Notes under the pieces: generated by a model
What the model saw: the letters and a program-made list of their open reading frames with translations, nothing else
Database searches by the model: none
What the model was told of the DNA's origin: nothing
NCBI RefSeq assembly: GCF_964355755.1
Contig: NC_092680.1
Coordinates: 14,827,045-14,891,044 of the forward strand
Length of the DNA: 64,000 nt
Source of the DNA: Antedon mediterranea
Taxonomy: Eukaryota > Animalia > Echinodermata
Direction of reading: 5' to 3'
Position numbers and translations under genes: made by a program
Shown: one piece after another, positions 1-11,640 of the stretch
How the letters are laid out: the number at the start of each line of letters is the position of its first letter
Position numbering within the stretch: the stretch's first letter is position 1

Positions 1-1207
1 CGCTCAAAAGGTTAAAAGTCAAGGTCATTGTAAACAAATTAACAAAAAAAAAGTAAATCGAATTTACATGCGCAGTTTGCTGTGCATGAATCGTAACAAC
101 AAATTATACAAAATACTCACAACTTTTTTTTAAAAAATATGCTTCTAAATATATAAAAACAATTGTTGAAGTTAGTTTGAAAATAAAATTCGAAAATATA
201 ACCGTTTTTCGAAGCACGCTGTTCGAAACGCGACAGGCTCGTTGAATGAATCTAGGCCTAAACATACAACGTAAAATCGTCTAAAATCCATCTTTATTTC
301 TAATAATCACTATTTTGAAGCTTGTAATTGTATACAATAAATGTATAATAAATTAAGATTATGTATCAGTTACAGTGTCTAAATCGTCATATTTCCATGT
401 AAAAATGTGATTTTTCTACCGGAGAAAAGTCGTGAAGATGTCCACACGAGGGCCGCGCCATATTGTTTACCTTTGATTGTAATATGAACCCTAACATGTC
501 AGATGCATTATGGGCATGAAATATTTGTTCAAACTCTGTGCAAAGGTCAGTTTATTGAAGCATAACTTTTGACAAACATTTTGATACCAAACTTGTTTTA
601 ATTTCATAAGTTTTCGACGCATTTTCGTCAAATTTTCTGCAAGCTACACGTCTAAAACAGCGGACTAAGCTCCCGAGGGATGCCGGTGCGCGTGAGAATT
701 GCGAATTCCAAGTCGCTTTCGGGATGTTTTTTTTAACATTCCCGGTGAACAAACAGCGGCGACGACGCTCTCGGGGCGGCTCCCGATAGGCCTAGGCCCC
801 ATATGGTCATCGTCGGATGAGTCAGTCTACTAATTTCTTCATAATTTCGAAACCGGTCATTCATAATGGTCAAGTTTGGTCTTATTTTGAAGAGAAGAAA
901 TAGGTTCTGATGAAGAGATGAGTTTTATTATGAAATATTTATTAATTTTTGTGCATTTGGTAGTCAAAGATAAATTACAAATTTTTAATAATTTTCCTAA
1001 AATATTTCTAAAATTTGCATAATCCATACTCCGCCAAAATAAGTTGTAACACAAATTTGATAACATATTTGGAAATAAAATGTCCTCTTTGCATTATTTT
1101 TGTTTTTTAATTTTTTTAATGTCTGTGTTTAGAAAAAAAGTTAGGGTTAATTATATGACATATGCTTTTTGGGTCCCAGGGGAGCAAAATAAACTTAGGG
1201 GTCAATG

Positions 1208-1410
1208 GGTTAAAGAACCTAGTACATCTTTCGAGACGAGTAGGGGTTTACCCCGGTGTACTAGTCCACACAAACACAGCCACTGTCACACACAGCCACT
1301 GTGCAAATTGGGACTGGGCCGTTTTAGAGGTGTTTACCACCTATTTATTCGACTTCTCACTAAAACTAACTGAGTTAGTGAGAAGTCGAATAAATAAATA
1401 AATAAATAAA
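1208..1410 (+). mobile_element. 5'-truncated Deu-domain-like SINE with (TAAA)n tail
   Basis: TTAAAGAACCTAGTACATCTTTCGAGACGAGTAGGGGTTTACCCCGGTGTACTAG closely matches the reverse complement of the SINE at 33392-33720 and resembles the Deu domain of SINE3/AmnSINE1 as recalled. Ends in AATAAATAAATAAATAAATAAAA. Confidence 0.7.
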
Positions 1411-1425
1411 AGTATCGGATTCCCA

Positions 1426-1600
1426 ATGTATCATGGGCCAAAATGTATCATGGGCCTGTCACGACAAATATGGTCCAGGGCCAAAATCGGTCTGGCCGGA
1501 CCTAAATTTGTGACCAAAAGCAGAATCATGGGCCAAAATGCATCATGGGCCAAAATGCATCATGGGCCAGAATGCATCATTGGCCAAATGCATTGTGGGT
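1426..1600. repeat. Imperfect ~17-bp tandem repeat (GGGCCAAAATGCATCAT), interrupted by a fragment of the GGTCCGG-rich repeat also at ~57047-57218
   Basis: About 7 copies of ATG(C/T)ATCATGGGCC are visible. The internal CCTGTCAC...GGGCCAAAATCGGTCTGG segment recurs at 57047-57090. Confidence 0.75.
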
Positions 1601-2690
1601 TAACTTTAAAATACTCATTTCCTCTTCCACCAGAAACAAGTTAAAATCAGTTATTTTCTTAATTTTCAATAAAAGCATCTCATTCTCAGTTGATGCAAAA
1701 TGATATTGTGGACAGTCAATTTTGGAACTGTTTGGCAGTTTTTTTACATAAAAGAAATTAAATAAAACGAGCAATTAAACATCCAAATATTAATTACATA
1801 TCCAAATAATTAACATTAAAACATGTTAGCATGTGCTTACTATTGAATTTAGTTACTGGATCGAAAGCTTGTTATTTAAAAAAACAGTATAGGGAAATAA
1901 TAGCATCTAGGCCTAGAGGCCTAGGCCTAATAAAAAAAAAACAGGTCATGAATTTCCTCAACTAAACAAGTTTAAAGATTGTATAGCGTTCCTTATTTTA
2001 ACTTTTAGGTATCGTCACACACGAGAAGACAATTTGTAATAAACACCATATACATCAGGTTTACCTCTGCTCTGTGTAGAGTTTTGTTAGTAGTAGAAGC
2101 GTTTGGAATGTGTCTATAAGCTCGTACTACTGTGCACCATTCGTTTCGGGCTCCTTCCCAAAGATGGATCAGCCTGCATGTCAGCAAAGATAGATAGTGA
2201 AAGTGTACACTAAGACACAAAAAACACCATTCTTTGATGCCACATTTGACATGTGGTGGTGGCATACTCATACCACCATGGAGAAATGGTGGTTGGATTT
2301 GGATTCTTCTTATATTTTATGTTTAGCCCATAGAGGGCAGTAGGGTGATTGCCTCTCACTTTTAAAGAAATTGTCCTTTGAAACATTTATTGTCACACAA
2401 CGAATCGAAAACATTATTTTGCTTTTTTGGTTAAAGTTAACATTGATTTTTGTCATTTTAAGCGAAATTTATAATGAATAATTTGTGTTTAAAGAGGTAT
2501 TGTCCCTCCAAAAACATAAAAAATGAAGATTAATAATATCAGACTTTTATTAGACCATTTTGCAGTTTGCTTAAAAAGACAAAATAAACGGTTATTCATG
2601 TGAAAACAAAAAGTTGACTAGGATATATTTTGTTATAAATTTATTATTATCGCATTATTTTCTTACTCCCTTTTATGTGCAAGACAGTAT

Positions 2691-3344
2691 ATATATTATT
2701 ATTATTACTGCCTTTCCACTGAAAAGTCTGCCGACATTTCCGCTTGGGCTGCTCCGTAAATCTCTTTTAATTACCAGTTTCTTCCAGTCTGATCTTTCAT
2801 TGGCTAGTTCTTTAAGTTGTTTCATGTCTTTCTTGGTTTTCAATTGTCCGGGATACTTGATGTTTGTGTTTGTGCTTATAAAGGGTGAGTAGGTCGTTGC
2901 TTATAAAGGGTGAGTAGGTCGTTGCTGAGAGTTATTGGTAGGGTGGTTCTCGGTCTTCCTCGAAATTTTATATTGGTAGTGTTGCTGAAATAATAGCTTA
3001 TTGCTGTGTTGACTGGTGTACATGGGTCTTGTCTAAGTATGTGACCTAATAGTCTCCATCTTGCGTCGACTATTTCTAATGAAATCGGTATTGTTCCTGT
3101 CCTTCTGTATAAATTCATGTTTGATATCCTGTCTGGGAACCTGATACCTATGATTTTGCGAAGTTGCTTTCTGTAAAATGTGTCGAGTTTATGTGCTTCT
3201 TCTTTTGCGAGTCCCCATGTTTCAGAGTTGTAGAGTAATATATACTTTTAACTAGTGAGTTGTACAGCTTGATACGTATTTTTAATTTGATTTTATCTTT
3301 TCGAAGCCACATCGAGTTTAGTTTGGTCATTGCTACACGCGCTA
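2691..3344 (-). mobile_element. 5'-truncated RTE-clade-like non-LTR retrotransposon (3' end, frameshifted)
   Basis: ORF fragments 3148-3348 and 2876-3118 carry RTE C-terminal motifs (KIRIKLYNSLVKSI; RWRLLGHILR; RGRPRTT). (TAA)n tail at ~2695-2708. Flanked by a 12-bp TSD GCAAGACAGTAT (2679-2690 and 3345-3356). Confidence 0.85.
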
Positions 3345-3469
3345 GCAAGACAGTATCAACATGAAATTTCCACTAACCAATTACTGAGCTCCTTGACGCA
3401 AAAACTTCTCCACAGTAGTTACAAATATCATCTTGATGTAAACTTTATATAGGATTAACAAACTATTTT

Positions 3470-4007
3470 AATCTTTAATATAGGATTACTTTATCTTTAA
3501 TATTGTATCACTTTATCTGTAATATTGTATCACTTTATCTGTAATATTGTAATATTGTATCACTTTATCTGTTATATTGTATCACTTTATATTTAATATT
3601 GTATCACTTTATCTGTAATATTGTATCACTTTATCTGTAATATTGTATCACTTTATCTGTTATATTGTATCACTTTATATTTAATATTGTATCACTCTAT
3701 CTGTAATATTGTATCACTTTATCTGTAATATTAGATCACTTTATCTGTAATATTGTATCACTTTATCTGTAATATTAGATCACTTTATCTGTAATATTGT
3801 ATCACTTTATCTGTAATATTAGATCACTTAATCTGTAATATTGTATCACTTAATCTGTAATATTGTATCACTTTATCTTTAATATTGGATCACTTTACCT
3901 TTAATATTGGATCACTTTATCTGTAATATTGGATCACTTTACCTTTAATATTGGATCACTTAATCTGTGATATTGTATCACTTTATCTTTAATATAGGAT
4001 CACTTTA
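3470..4007. repeat. 22-bp minisatellite (TATTGTATCACTTTATCTGTAA), ~24 copies
   Basis: Directly visible tandem array, about 80 bp past the stop codon of the CHY-finger gene, so probably in its 3' UTR. Confidence 0.95.
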
Positions 4008-4085
4008 TTCTTTTAAGATTAACTATTATATCTTCCTTCATTTAATCAATAATTGTTCTTCTTGGTTACACTTTTAAGATTTTTG

Positions 4086-7000
4086 TTATTTTGACTTTGA
4101 TTTTTTCAACTGCTGTCCTTCCTTCTTTTCTTTCTTTTTCTTAGATACTGTTTTATTCTTCCCGCTATATTTCTGCTTATCTCCTCTGAAAAATACAATA
4201 TAATATATACATCATACTACAAAGGAAATTGAAAAGGAATCAGAGACAGATAGAAGAAAGATGAAAGAAGGATGATCATAAGGAAAAGGAAACCGCATCA
4301 ATAGAGATTGGAAGATATATCTTCTGCATGTTTACGATAGTCTACTGAAGAAATTTGAAGCACTCGATCATCAACAACAAGACAACTGGTGCTACACAGT
4401 GTAATAAATTACCATTCCTAACAAATACAGTAGCATAGTGTCTACATGAACATTCTAGAATAAGAGTATTTTTAGATTTAAAAAACCATGTATTTTCAAC
4501 CGCTCGGAAACATACGTAAGAAGAGTTCGTGACACACAGCATCTCTAAAATATTACAGACCAATCCAAACAGTAGTTTGAGAAAGTTGACCGCATGTCAA
4601 CGAAACGTCACTAGGTATTTATACTCCTGTTCGTATTTTGGTTCAACAAATTACATTTTCCAGTTTTAGAAAAGAAATCTGATAAAATATTCATACTATT
4701 TTGTTGGTTTATTGAATCCTTAAAAATTAGTTATTTATTTTCTTTTCTTTTGTCTTACTTATTCATCTTTGTTTTATTTCTGCAGCCTAGGCCTCCTTCC
4801 CAATGACTACTCCAACCTTTAGTCAGGTTCATCCGGCATGCAATACAAGGCTGATCAGGTGAAAATGTCTGTAAGAAAGAAGAAACTGCCATTCTAAGGT
4901 TTTGAAAAAATCTTTTATTGGTGTTACTCTAATTTAATATGCGCTAATTTGATTAGCGCTGCATATTTCTGAATGTGTTAAATTCTGGTGATGAATATGG
5001 AGCCTGTCACTGCCGGAAATATAAGGAACTTGGAAGGCTAATTTATTGTGAATGTGACTAAATATATGAATGAATAAATCAACATTTGATTAAAAAATAA
5101 TGTTTATAAATGAAAATAATGGAAGAAATTAAATAACCAAAAAAATGACTGTGGAAGTAAAGAGGAATAAATTAAAGGAAGTAGGCAGATGCCTGAGAAG
5201 ACAACAATCTTGAGTTGGGCCAGCCTAAACAATTGACAGACAGCAGAATAATAAATCCAAAGAAATCAACAAGTGGCATGAACAGAGACAAGACTGGTTA
5301 TAAAAAACCCTAACATAAAAAACAGAGACATCAGATCATAACATGACCAAGGAATTGTTAGACTGACTGAACAATTGTGTTCCTTTATGCTTATTGAAGT
5401 CCCATTCCTTACATAATGTAATAATAAATACTATAGTCCCATTTTGATAACTTTTTTTCATCTTTAAAAAGCTAAAAATGTGGAAAAATAAGTTGATTAT
5501 AATAATTTAAGTGGCCTACTATAAATCCCAACATGCATTGTGCTTGGAATGGTATTTTCGTTTCGATCAATCAGTCAAAATACCAGTCAATTAATGCATC
5601 AACTAGTTAGGCCTATAGCTAAGCGTACAATGCTCGTTCTTTACTGCTGTTTACCAGCTAGGCCTACAAAACTAAGCCTAGATATTCACCGCAAGCGACT
5701 TAGGTAGTGCATTATTTCTCTCTTTTTATCATAAATTACTATAAAACGTACATTTAAGACAAGAAATGACCTGGTTTAATGTTTCTAAAGTAATATATAT
5801 GCATTATTTCTACAAAAAGTTCACTACACTTTAAAAACTGAAAGAAATTACCTGTTCTTTTGCACAGAATCCACAAAGCATTCGGTTTGCATACGTAAAT
5901 ATATGGTCAGAATCATCATCGTGGCAACAGTCACACGGGTAGCATTTTCCACAACATGGGAACCTATAGCGAAACCAAAAGCACTACAACAATAATACCT
6001 AATTGATTTTAAACCAACTGAATTGTAAGACATAGTTCTTTATGAGCTTAGGACCTCCATGCTGTCAGCATATGACAACCCTGAGTCATAAGCTAACTAC
6101 CCTATTTTTAGATAACACATACTGTAATTAGTAGACAATATTTATTTTATTGCAATCATATTATGTTCAATTAAATTTTGTTTCGAAATCTTCAAAAGAA
6201 AAAGATTACAATAGAGCATTTTAAGGATTTTTTCAGATTTGATGCATCGAAAACCGGTATGACTAAACCACTGGAATAATATTAGCAACAAAGTATTTTA
6301 CCTTAACCACCTGAAACTTTTCTTATAATGTTGGCATGTACCATTTGATGGGAGGGGTTTACCCTCTTGAATTGCTGGGTCTTTGTGGGCTTTGACCACA
6401 CTCTGTACTTTTACTGTGTGCAAGTTCTCAGTTGCTGTAAATAATTTATACATTTATTTATACTGAACTATAAATTATACAAAAATTTAATAATTAAACA
6501 ATAAATAAGATATTGATTTAGATATAGATTGTAATATACAATAAGAAACTGAAATAGAAATATGTGAGTGAAAATAGTCATCTGCTTTCTGCTTGTGAAA
6601 CCCCCAAACCCCTCAAATAAGACCACTGGAGTTCATGTTATTTATGGCTTATGCCGAGTTGCTTACCAATTGGATCTGATGCAAAGAGTCTTTGAATCCT
6701 TGTTGAGTCCACTCGGAGATTTTGTTTGTTGTGACACTGCGGACACCAATTACTTAAAGTCTGCCCATATTGAACACCCTAAAAATATAATAATTAAAAA
6801 TCAAATTTGTTATGGATGATTTCTTTTCATTACATTGTATATGTGTTATGTTATACGTATATAACAAGCCATTTTGGACTTCATGGAGATTCCAGTCTGT
6901 ATTTTTTTGTGTTGAAATTTAAAAAATAATGAACTTGTTCAAAGGTTTTTAAAAGTCTTTCTTATGTTGAGAAATTTCTTTATTTTGGCAAGGACTATGT

Positions 7001-10000
7001 GGTGAAATGAAATACTTTGTTTAATAATATTAATTAATTGGTAGAAAAAGCTAACCTTTATTTGTTTTTGATTATTACAACTTAAACAGCTTGCTTCAAA
7101 TTCACAATCCATGACTAATACATCAAAAGGTACACATCCATTTAGATCAAGGTAACCAAGGATTGCGGAGAACTGATGCATGATCGCTGGTCGATAGGTC
7201 AACAAGAACTGATGCTGACATCGAGGACAGAATATCTGATTAGCTCTGCCTCCTGGAGTACTTATGTCGGTTCTGTGTTTACATCGCTCGCATTGGATGA
7301 TAAGTGACAACGTCTTAACAGAAAGTGTTCCATATCCATCGCCTATTTCAAGCCCTTTAAAACGTAGTTCAGTACCTTTGCGTTGTGGGTCAATATTTTG
7401 ATTTTGTTCGATACTTCGTTGGCGGTACTTTACCGTGTTACGCTCCTCTTCCTCCTCACTTTCATCGCTTTCCTCTTCTTCAGTCTCTCCCTCCTCACTA
7501 TCATTTTCTTCAATATCATCTTCATCATTCTTGTCTTCCTCATCCACTGTCTCTTCTTTCTTGTCCTCTTTTACTTCGTTCAATACTGAACTAGATTCTT
7601 CAGTAGTTTCTACTTTCTCTTTATGTGGAATAAATTCAAACCCAGCTGCTTTAGCATCTAAACAACGTTTGTACTGTAAGAAAACAATTCATGAGCAGAG
7701 TTAAAAAAGATTGACAGACTTTATAAATTACATTCTCAATCTAGAAAACATTTATACTTATAGCTTAAAGTATAAAATGTGGCAGCTAAAGCCGATTTTC
7801 CACTAGGCGAATTTGTTCGCGCGAATCAAACGTTTCGAAGAGAAAAAAATTGCCTACTCTCTTTCCACTACATGAGCGAATAGCTGCGACGTTCATGTTC
7901 CTCGCGTGGTTGCTGAGCATTTCGATTCGCATGAGTGCTCATGAAAGCGTCATAGCTCATTTCCTGAGCTCTGATTGGTTGCGCAATATTTCGCTTCGCA
8001 AAAAGTAGAATTGTTTCTACTTTTTGAACTAGTAAATTTCGCTGCAGCAAAAAATCAAGGAACTAGAATTCGTCGCAGAAGGGAGTATGACAGACAGAAA
8101 CTCGAATACGCATGCGCAGAGCATGACGCTTTCGATTCGCGCGAACAAATTCGTCTAGTGGAAAATCAGCTTAAGAGCACATCAACCTCTGTAAATGAAA
8201 AATGTAATTTTATGTGCTTTGATTACAGAATTGAGTTGTCTGTTAAACGCAAGTTATACTAAAGTGTTTGGTTCCCAGTAAAACGTAATAAGAACGTAAG
8301 CAAGTGAGTTGACCAACGACAAGAGACAGTTAATGCTCTATCATGTCCTGATTAATTACATTGAGCTTACGGTCTGTGTTGTATCCAGTAGGAACCAAGC
8401 TTTGAGAACACAATGAGATAATTACCTTCCTAGCACCCTCCGTGAAAAGATTTTCAAGACTCCTATCTAGCCACCTTAGAAAAGGCCTGAAGATCAATTC
8501 AATCTTCCCTCCAACTAGATTAGTTTGATGTTTGGCCAACACCCAATTTTGTGCTGCTTCATTAATGTGCCTATTACATAGAAAAAAATAAAGCTTCTAG
8601 TTAAAGAATCAGACTTGTTTTCAAATGTTTAAAATATATTGTACCCCTGAAAAATGATAATAAAAAATAATTGTATAAAAATCTTTTCCATTTTAATGTC
8701 ACATAATAGCTATTCACTTTGACTAAAAATTGGATAACTGAAAAAACTGTAACTTAATGCAAAAAACTGTCAAATTGACTATTGACAAAACATAATGTAA
8801 CCGCCGCAACAATTGTGTGCATTCAAACCTGGCGGCGTATACAGTCAACTCTCCCAATATTGAACACCTTTGGGCTGGCTGAATATGTCTGGTTTTCTGG
8901 AAAGTGTTTTTAGTGGTAAAAACAAATTTGGGACGTTTTGGGCCTCAAGAAAAGTCTGGTTTTGGGAAAGTTTCCTATTTTCAGAGAGTCTGGTATTTGG
9001 AGAGTTTACTGTACCTTGACTCGGTTCAACCCAGTGCACTTAAACCCAGTGCACTTAACTATGCGCTGCATTATGTTGTTCTTGCAAATTCTTTTGTGAA
9101 ATCAAACTGATCTGATTTCCTGTATTCACTGTATAAGGTTGTTGCATTAATGTCAGTTTCCTCTTGCGATTACGAAGTATGACACTTGTGTCAATACATC
9201 GTTGCTTACAATTGATTATTTAGAAGATGAATGATTGCTGAATTTTGGTGGTGTGGAACACTTCAATATTAAAAACACACCCAGGATAGTTTATAATATA
9301 AACTAACCTTGGTTTATTTTTGAATTATTATCACATGGCAGGTCTGAAATAATTTGCAGACAATGACTTCTCCACTTACCTTTCAATTACATCTGGCAAA
9401 ACTTGTTCTTCAGATACGTGTAAACTGAATGGTTCTCTTGGATAATCTTCAGGAAAGACCACATCAAAAATAAAATCTGTGATATCAAATGGCTGAAAAT
9501 AACACAAGAATAAATTTAAATCTTATGAAAAGATGAACTAAATACAATTAATAAAATAAACATTATACCGTTTTCACACAAAAAGTAATAACTTTTAAGT
9601 TGTAATGTTAAATGTAATTATTCGTCCTCAAGCTTAACTACTCTTTTTGAAATAGTGTACCAAGCTCTTTAACGTGCACTAGATGTGCTTTACATCCCAT
9701 TAGGACGAGACAATGAGAGTAAAGCATCTTGCTTAAGGATGCAATCAGTATGGTACAGATAGGCTTGAACCCATGCCTATCACATGCTAGGCAATTTTGT
9801 AGAAAATCTCACTTATGAGAGAAGGCCTGAGAGATGTCCAAAGATGTTTGTGCATGCATGTATTGCCCTGGTATTAAAGTGTCCAATCATAGTAAGTAAA
9901 TAACGAGGAACTATATCTTTTCAAATAGATTTCTCAAAGTTTGTGTATGCGTATGTAAAAACGTGTTAACAAATCGGGAGATGAAACCTGGTTACAAGTT

Positions 10001-11074
10001 GTAACAATTTATGCAGATCTGTAAAAGAGTATTAGATTTAACTTTGACTGACCTCTGCATAATAATAGTATAATAATAATAATAATCATAAAAATAATTT
10101 AAATTACCATAGTCTAATTATTAAATCATAAAAAAATTTGTCAACATTTAAATCTGCGACACACACACACTAATAACAATAAGATGTCTTCTCACCCATT
10201 CAGGATCTGTAGGTGATGTTATGATTCTGTAAGTAACTGGTTTCCCTTCATCTTCAACTATTGTTAACTTCTCACCTTCTTGAAATATCACTTTTAATTG
10301 ATTAATTTCAACATTTCTGAGTTTCTGTAAACTTTCAGGGGTTGCCTCAGTGATGTTAAGAGAAGACTGTGGCCTTTTGGTGACTTCCCGTTTTTCAGTC
10401 TTGACTGCGCCAGATGAAGCATGTTCCTTGATGTCTTTATCATCAATATCAGTTGGATCTTGTGGATGAAAAAATCGACATCTGTCAGCCATGTTGCAAG
10501 TGCCTTCTTTGTAAAAACGGCAGAGTTTCCTGCGTTGCTTCATCTTTTTACCGGAAGGCTCTGCATGGCTGTCCTCTTCCGCCTTGTTCTGCTCTTCAAG
10601 TCCATGGTACCCTTTGACCTCTTCATAAGAAACTTTCTTCTTTTCTGAATCTGCCCCAGACTGTTCTTGCTTCTTTTTTTTCTCATAAAATTTTCCGTGC
10701 AAAAACCGGCAGTGATCTCCAAACCGACAACGGCCAGTTTTCTTGAATTCATAACAATTCCCCTTCTTCTGTTTTTGTTTTTCATTATTTTTTGGATCCT
10801 GCTCTTCCTCAGGAATGTTGTTGATATTCTGCTTTGGGCTGTCTATTGGCACATTCTCAACTTCCTTTTGAGCGTGAGCAAATCGACAATCCTCACCAAA
10901 CTTGCACTTCCCTGTTCTTCTAAAGAATGTGCATGGTTTCTTTGATATTTTTGTATCAACTTCAAGAGAAATACTGCTAGTAGGTCTAGTGGATGAAGGC
11001 TGTTTTGACTGGGCAGGTATATTACTTGCTTCGTTTCTCTGGTCTTGATTTTTCTGTTGGTTCCCTGATAGCAT
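4086..11074 (-). CDS. Uncharacterised protein with 3 CCCH zinc fingers, an RWD-like domain, an acidic tract, a CxxC-rich region and a CHY-type zinc finger (S. pombe C18H10.09-like family), ~773 aa
   Basis: Nine coding exons with GT-AG ends and consistent phase: 11074-10196, 9492-9380, 8570-8426, 7673-7056, 6778-6667, 6434-6302, 5963-5852, 4868-4759, 4185-4086 (2322 nt). Motifs: C-x7-C-x5-C-x3-H three times; PTDPEWPFD...VFPEDYP (RWD-like); GKPLPSNGTCQHYKKSFRWLRFPCCGKCYPCDCCHD...ANRMLCGFCAKEQ (CHY); HWEGGLGCRNK; Lys-rich C-terminus. Confidence 0.88.
5410..5830. mobile_element. Degenerate copy (opposite orientation) of the Kolobok-like MITE at 36802-37418
   Basis: 5413-5570 aligns by eye with the reverse complement of 37190-37370 (e.g. 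AAAAATAAGT[T/C]GATT...CTATAAATCCCAA[C/A]ATGCATT). Confidence 0.65.
7790..8171. mobile_element. PIF/Harbinger-type MITE
   Basis: About 38-bp TIRs AGCCGATTTTCCACTAGGCGAATTTGTTCGCGCGAATC / GATTCGCGCGAACAAATTCGTCTAGTGGAAAATCAGCT, with TAA on both flanks (7787-7789 and 8172-8174). Confidence 0.85.
8842..9011. mobile_element. Tc1/mariner (pogo/Tigger-type) MITE; second copy at ~52046-52156
   Basis: TA-CAGTCAACTCTCCCAATA...TATTTGGAGAGTTTACTG-TA. The same 5' end CAGTCAACTCTCCCAATA..ACACCTTTGGGCTGGC occurs at 52046. Confidence 0.8.
9637..9790 (-). mobile_element. Deu-domain-like tRNA-derived SINE fragment (same family as 53860-54100)
   Basis: CTACTCTTTT..AATAGTGTACCAAG.TCTTTAACGTGCACTA...AAAGCATCTTGC.TAAGGATGCAATC.GTATGGTACAGATAGGCT is shared with 53936-54080. 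Confidence 0.7.
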
Positions 11075-11529
11075 AATATTATGGTTAAGATGAAGAGTTA
11101 GGAAACTTGGTTGTTGAGTGAAAATTGTGTTCACCCTAAAGAAAATCAACAAACATAATAATTAATATATCTAATATTAATACTTATGAGAATCAAAATT
11201 TTTATTATTTTTAACAATGTCAATGAAACGTCATTGTCTTTAAAAAAACATCCAACAGCACGGGTGCACACGGGTCAGCTCAGGAAAACTCATGCTAGGC
11301 CTAAACAAAGTCTATATAGGCCAATGTAAGAAGGCTATAGCCTAGGTTTATGCCCTAGGCCTAGATAGGCATACTATTTCTAGGCCTACTAGGCTAGGCC
11401 TAGGACTTGCTAGCCTATCTACGCGGCCTGTGTTGTGTCCGATAACTAGCCCTCAATCCACCACAGAGGGTAAATCCCCAACCAACCAAGAGAAGATAAT
11501 TTGGACTTTACGACACGTTCTGCACTTAC

Positions 11530-11640
11530 CAAAAGAAACGACTTGTATTGAAGAACCAGAGATCCAGATGGTCTATCCCGATGTGTGTGTCTGCAACCAA
11601 CAAAGTACGGTAATTTATACTCTCTTGTTTTGTTTCCCGT
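11530..11640 (-). promoter_or_regulatory. Probable non-coding first exon and promoter region of the CCCH-RWD-CHY gene
   Basis: Consensus donor TTG|GTAAGT at 11530/11529, matched by an acceptor TTTCTTTAG at 11136, 61 nt upstream of ATG 11074. No in-frame upstream ATG. The 5' end is not defined. Confidence 0.5.

Noticed and set aside
485-497. AACCCTAAC as a telomerase RNA template (also TTAACCCTAAC on the minus strand at ~1140-1150)
   Set aside because: No recognisable downstream pseudoknot, CR4/5 or H/ACA architecture; short matches like this are expected by chance.
4329-4534. Possible solo LTR (TG...CA; its end matches the reverse complement of 46959-47002)
   Set aside because: The shared ~45-bp repeat is real, but no TSD, PBS or PPT could be found, so it is left unclassified.
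7383-7704. Plus-strand Ser-rich and hydrophobic ORFs (also 10421-10945 and 34133-34369)
   Set aside because: These are antisense shadows of real coding exons on the opposite strand.
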